Positions 61,389 to 64,000 of a DNA stretch of 64,000 nucleotides are shown here, piece by piece (the stretch's first letter is position 1; the number at the start of each line of letters is the position of its first letter). The position numbers and the translations under genes are program-made. The DNA is from Alphaproteobacteria bacterium. GTDB lineage: Bacteria; Pseudomonadota; Alphaproteobacteria; Caedimonadales; UBA9215. The notes beneath the pieces are model-generated. The model worked only from the letters and a program-made list of their open reading frames with translations. It made no database searches and was not told where the DNA came from. The stretch is taken from contig CBDBFG010000003.1 in NCBI GenBank assembly GCA_965204765.1, positions 33,412 through 97,411 of the forward strand, written 5' to 3'.

Positions 61389-62318
61389 GTGATGATGCAA
61401 CATTTCTTTATAATACTTTTAGTATTAGTATTTAACTCTAACTTGGTAAGATCAAGCGTCCAAAAAGATATCGATAGCTTGGAAGACACCTCTGTTGTTA
61501 CGCGCAAATTTTCCAGAGCTGGCCTTGTCCATCTTTTCCGTATTATGGAAATCGATGTACCAGACGATTGTAATCTAGAGACACTAAACAGAATAGCACA
61601 AAAAGAATTTTTACGCCAAGGAGGAGAACGCTGGGAGGCACAAAAAGAACATCAAGAAAAATTCGCTAAAAAATCATTAGCTTTAATTCCAGCACTCAGA
61701 GAACTAGGATTCTACACAGAGATCAGACCTACAAGGCAACATTATGACATAGTAGTTGTTTTTGGTGCATTACATTCCAGGATGGTGACCAGGACTTTAT
61801 ATTTACAACAACTTTGGCATGATGGAATAAGAGCTAACAAGATAATATACCTCACAGGAAGTAGAGAATTGTTAGCAGGTGAAAAAGAGGAGTTATCATC
61901 TTATACTGATTCCACACATGCTGCACTAGAAAGAGATTTGCCCGTTTTAATTTGGCAAAAGTATATAACCGAAGAATCCCTGCGTACTCATGAATTTGAG
62001 AATATTTATGCTGAAGATATATTAGTTCCAGGCACACACACTAAGAGAAGAGCAAATACCGCCGACACTGTAGCAAGAATGATTGCTATATTGGCGTTAA
62101 ACAAAAAAGACCGCAATCCAGTTAAGATTTTAGCAATATCCAATAATCCATATATTGCCTATCAAGGGGTAACGTTGGAAAATGTTATGCGTAAGGCACA
62201 AGTCCTTATTCCTGGTGATAGTATTGAAACAGTAGGCGAACGAGCAAACGAGGATACTCCGCTTTTTTTAATGATGGATAGCTTGGCCAGAATAATATAC
62301 ACAATTACCCGGAAATAG
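61389..62318 (+). CDS. hypothetical exported protein (possibly a YdcF/DUF218-like fold)
   Basis: 309 aa with an N-terminal signal/TM segment. There is a loose DUF218-like pattern (DIVVVFGA...KIIYLTGSR...ANTADT...ILAISNNPYIAYQG). The family assignment is uncertain. Confidence 0.45.
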   Translation: MMMQHFFIILLVLVFNSNLVRSSVQKDIDSLEDTSVVTRKFSRAGLVHLFRIMEIDVPDDCNLETLNRIAQKEFLRQGGERWEAQKEHQEKFAKKSLALIPALRELGFYTEIRPTRQHYDIVVVFGALHSRMVTRTLYLQQLWHDGIRANKIIYLTGSRELLAGEKEELSSYTDSTHAALERDLPVLIWQKYITEESLRTHEFENIYAEDILVPGTHTKRRANTADTVARMIAILALNKKDRNPVKILAISNNPYIAYQGVTLENVMRKAQVLIPGDSIETVGERANEDTPLFLMMDSLARIIYTITRK

Positions 62319-62662
62319 TGCTACCCATTACCATCTAGTTGCACTAAACATCCAGTGATGTATTGATTATCTAGAAAATAAGAAAAGGACAGCGATCAAT
62401 ACAATTTAGCGCAACAGAATATATCATTACCCTTCTTACTAAATCACAAAGGCGATTGTTGATAAGATTTATGCGATATTTAACTATCATTAACACTGGA
62501 TGCACCAAATATAGCGAACAATTCCTATGTTATTCGTAAAAATTACATAAACTACAATACCCACTACTAATCTAACCATAACAGAAAAAACACCAGAACT
62601 ATTGATCCGATGGAATATATAAAGTAGTATGTATTGTTTTTATAATTACGGAGAAAAGATAC

Positions 62663-63067
62663 ATGTTTAATTTATTAATTTCTGAAGCGCACGCGCAAGG
62701 CACTAGCTCTATGATGCAAGGCGGTCTGGCAAACTTGATGCCTATAATACTGATGGTAGTAATATTGTACTTTTTAGTTATTAGACCACAAAGTAAAAAA
62801 GCTAAAGAACACAAAGAAATGGTTAACAGCCTTAAAAAAGGTGATAAAGTAGTCACTTCTGGTGGTATGATAGCCACAGTTGCCAAAATCACAGACGACA
62901 ATGAGATAATGATCTCTATTGCAAAAGGAGTAGATATAAGTGTCTTAAAAAACTCTGTAACACAAACTATCAGCAAGGAAATATCCACACCTAAAAAAAG
63001 TGTTGTGAAAGAGAAAATAAAAGCTACCAAAGCAAAAAAGACCGTGTCACGCAAAACGAAAAAGTAA
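62663..63067 (+). CDS. yajC: preprotein translocase subunit YajC (with a Lys-rich C-terminal extension)
   Basis: LMPIILMVVILYFLVIRPQSKKAKEHKEMVNSLKKGDKVVTSGGMIATVAKI is the YajC core. It lies directly upstream of secD. Confidence 0.85.
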   Translation: MFNLLISEAHAQGTSSMMQGGLANLMPIILMVVILYFLVIRPQSKKAKEHKEMVNSLKKGDKVVTSGGMIATVAKITDDNEIMISIAKGVDISVLKNSVTQTISKEISTPKKSVVKEKIKATKAKKTVSRKTKK

Positions 63068-63088
63068 AATTATTAAAAGCTTGTATTC

Positions 63089-64000
63089 ATGATTTATGTA
63101 CCAATTTGGAAAAGAGTTATGGTGCTGTTAATTCTAGCACTGGGTATTATGTATGCTTTGCCTACATTCTCGTCGGATAAAACATTAAAAAGATTACCTA
63201 GCTGGTTGCAAGATCAAGTTAGTCTTGGTTTGGATTTGCAAGGAGGATCACATTTATTACTTGAAGTAGATACTGATTCAGCATTAAAAGATCAATTAAG
63301 TTTTTTAATTGATGAGTACAAAAAATCTTTGCGCAAAAAGAAAATTAAATTCACTAATGCCAAGGTTATCCAATCTGCTCAAAGTAGCCAAATACAAATT
63401 ACCCTTAAAAATGATGATGATAGGACTATTGCCAAAAAATCTCTTGTCCAACCGGGAATCAATATCGAATATGATCAGAAAAGCAATACTTTTACTGCTG
63501 CATTTACACCAGAGGAAATGCAGAACAGAATAAAAAAATTACTTAATCAATCGAAAGAAATTGTAGATAGGCGTATTAACGAACTAGGCACAAAGGAACC
63601 CAACGTCCAAACTCAGGGAGATGATAGGATTATTGTCCAACTACCAGGGGTAGAAGATCCAAGTGTCGTCAAACAAATATTGGGTACTACGGCTAAGCTT
63701 ACCTTTCAACTAGTGCACCATAATTACCCCACTTTAAAGTCTTCAGGAGGGGTAGTTTTACCAGGAACAGAGGCAATACCTGATGATAAAGGCAATGTAC
63801 AATACCTAATTAAAAGGAAAGTGCTATTAACTGGTGAACATTTAATAGATGCGCAAGCAGGATTCCATCACGAAAATCATACGCCTATAGTTAGTATCAG
63901 GTTTGACAACATTGGCGCACGAAAATTTGGGGAAATTACAAAAAAATATGTCAATCACCAACTTGCGATGATCCTTGATGGCAAAGTTATAAGTGCCCCA
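63089..64000 (+). CDS. secD: protein translocase subunit SecD (N-terminal 304 codons; runs off the window)
   Basis: The ATG at 63089 gives MIYVPIWKRVMVLLILALGIMYALPTF...GLDLQGGSHLLLEVD...IVDRRINELGTKEPNVQTQGDDRIIVQLPGVEDP...GTTAKLTFQLV. Open to position 64000, so absent from the ORF track as one piece. Confidence 0.9.
   Translation, partial: MIYVPIWKRVMVLLILALGIMYALPTFSSDKTLKRLPSWLQDQVSLGLDLQGGSHLLLEVDTDSALKDQLSFLIDEYKKSLRKKKIKFTNAKVIQSAQSSQIQITLKNDDDRTIAKKSLVQPGINIEYDQKSNTFTAAFTPEEMQNRIKKLLNQSKEIVDRRINELGTKEPNVQTQGDDRIIVQLPGVEDPSVVKQILGTTAKLTFQLVHHNYPTLKSSGGVVLPGTEAIPDDKGNVQYLIKRKVLLTGEHLIDAQAGFHHENHTPIVSIRFDNIGARKFGEITKKYVNHQLAMILDGKVISAP

Noticed and set aside
1-64000. CRISPR arrays, rRNA genes, tmRNA/RNase P/SRP RNA, prophage or toxin-antitoxin modules
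   Set aside because: Reading both strands, I found no regularly spaced direct repeats, no rRNA-like conserved blocks, no second tRNA-like TTCGA T-loop context, and no phage structural or TA-like gene pairs. A covariance-model scan would be needed to exclude small RNAs in the long spacers.

Overview
AT-rich (about one-third GC by eye) alphaproteobacterial chromosome segment. Gene content and synteny fit a host-associated or intracellular lineage (Rickettsiales/Holosporales-like) that still encodes a flagellum; I cannot name the organism from sequence alone. About 60 genes are tightly packed. Housekeeping: pyrG, secG, ppiD-like, tatD, mutS, pgsA, uvrC, rpiB, ftsZ, hdaA, accBC, der, asd, ispB, glyQS, tatA/B/C, serS, surE, yajC-secD, rpmB, and one tRNA-Asp. 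Regulation: ntrYX. Flagellum: a Caulobacter-type class II block fliF-fliG-fliH(flbE)-fliN-flbD joined directly to flhA-flhF-flhG. Transport: a TPP-riboswitch-controlled thiBPQ thiamine importer, plus trkH, nhaC and DAACS transporters. No CRISPR array and no rRNA were seen. The most unusual locus is a ~4.6 kb accessory island between ftsZ and ntrX (12.3-16.9 kb). It holds a decayed Hin/Gin-type serine invertase inside a 1.2 kb cassette bounded by ~40 bp imperfect inverted repeats. Directly downstream is a class C (IIC) group II intron, inserted in antisense just after an 11 bp stem-loop that lies in the 5' end of a divergent cis-prenyltransferase (uppS-like) gene. Removing the intron in silico restores an in-frame uppS-like start codon 10 nt from the right inverted repeat. 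I read this as a fossil Hin/fljB-style invertible switch that once drove a prenyltransferase; this is a hypothesis, not a demonstrated function. Other notable points: trkH is frameshifted in a G8 run. FlbD carries Glu at the phospho-acceptor position. NtrX lacks GAFTGA. tatB and tatC are split by 545 bp of non-coding DNA. Several secreted or host-interaction-type orphan genes are present.
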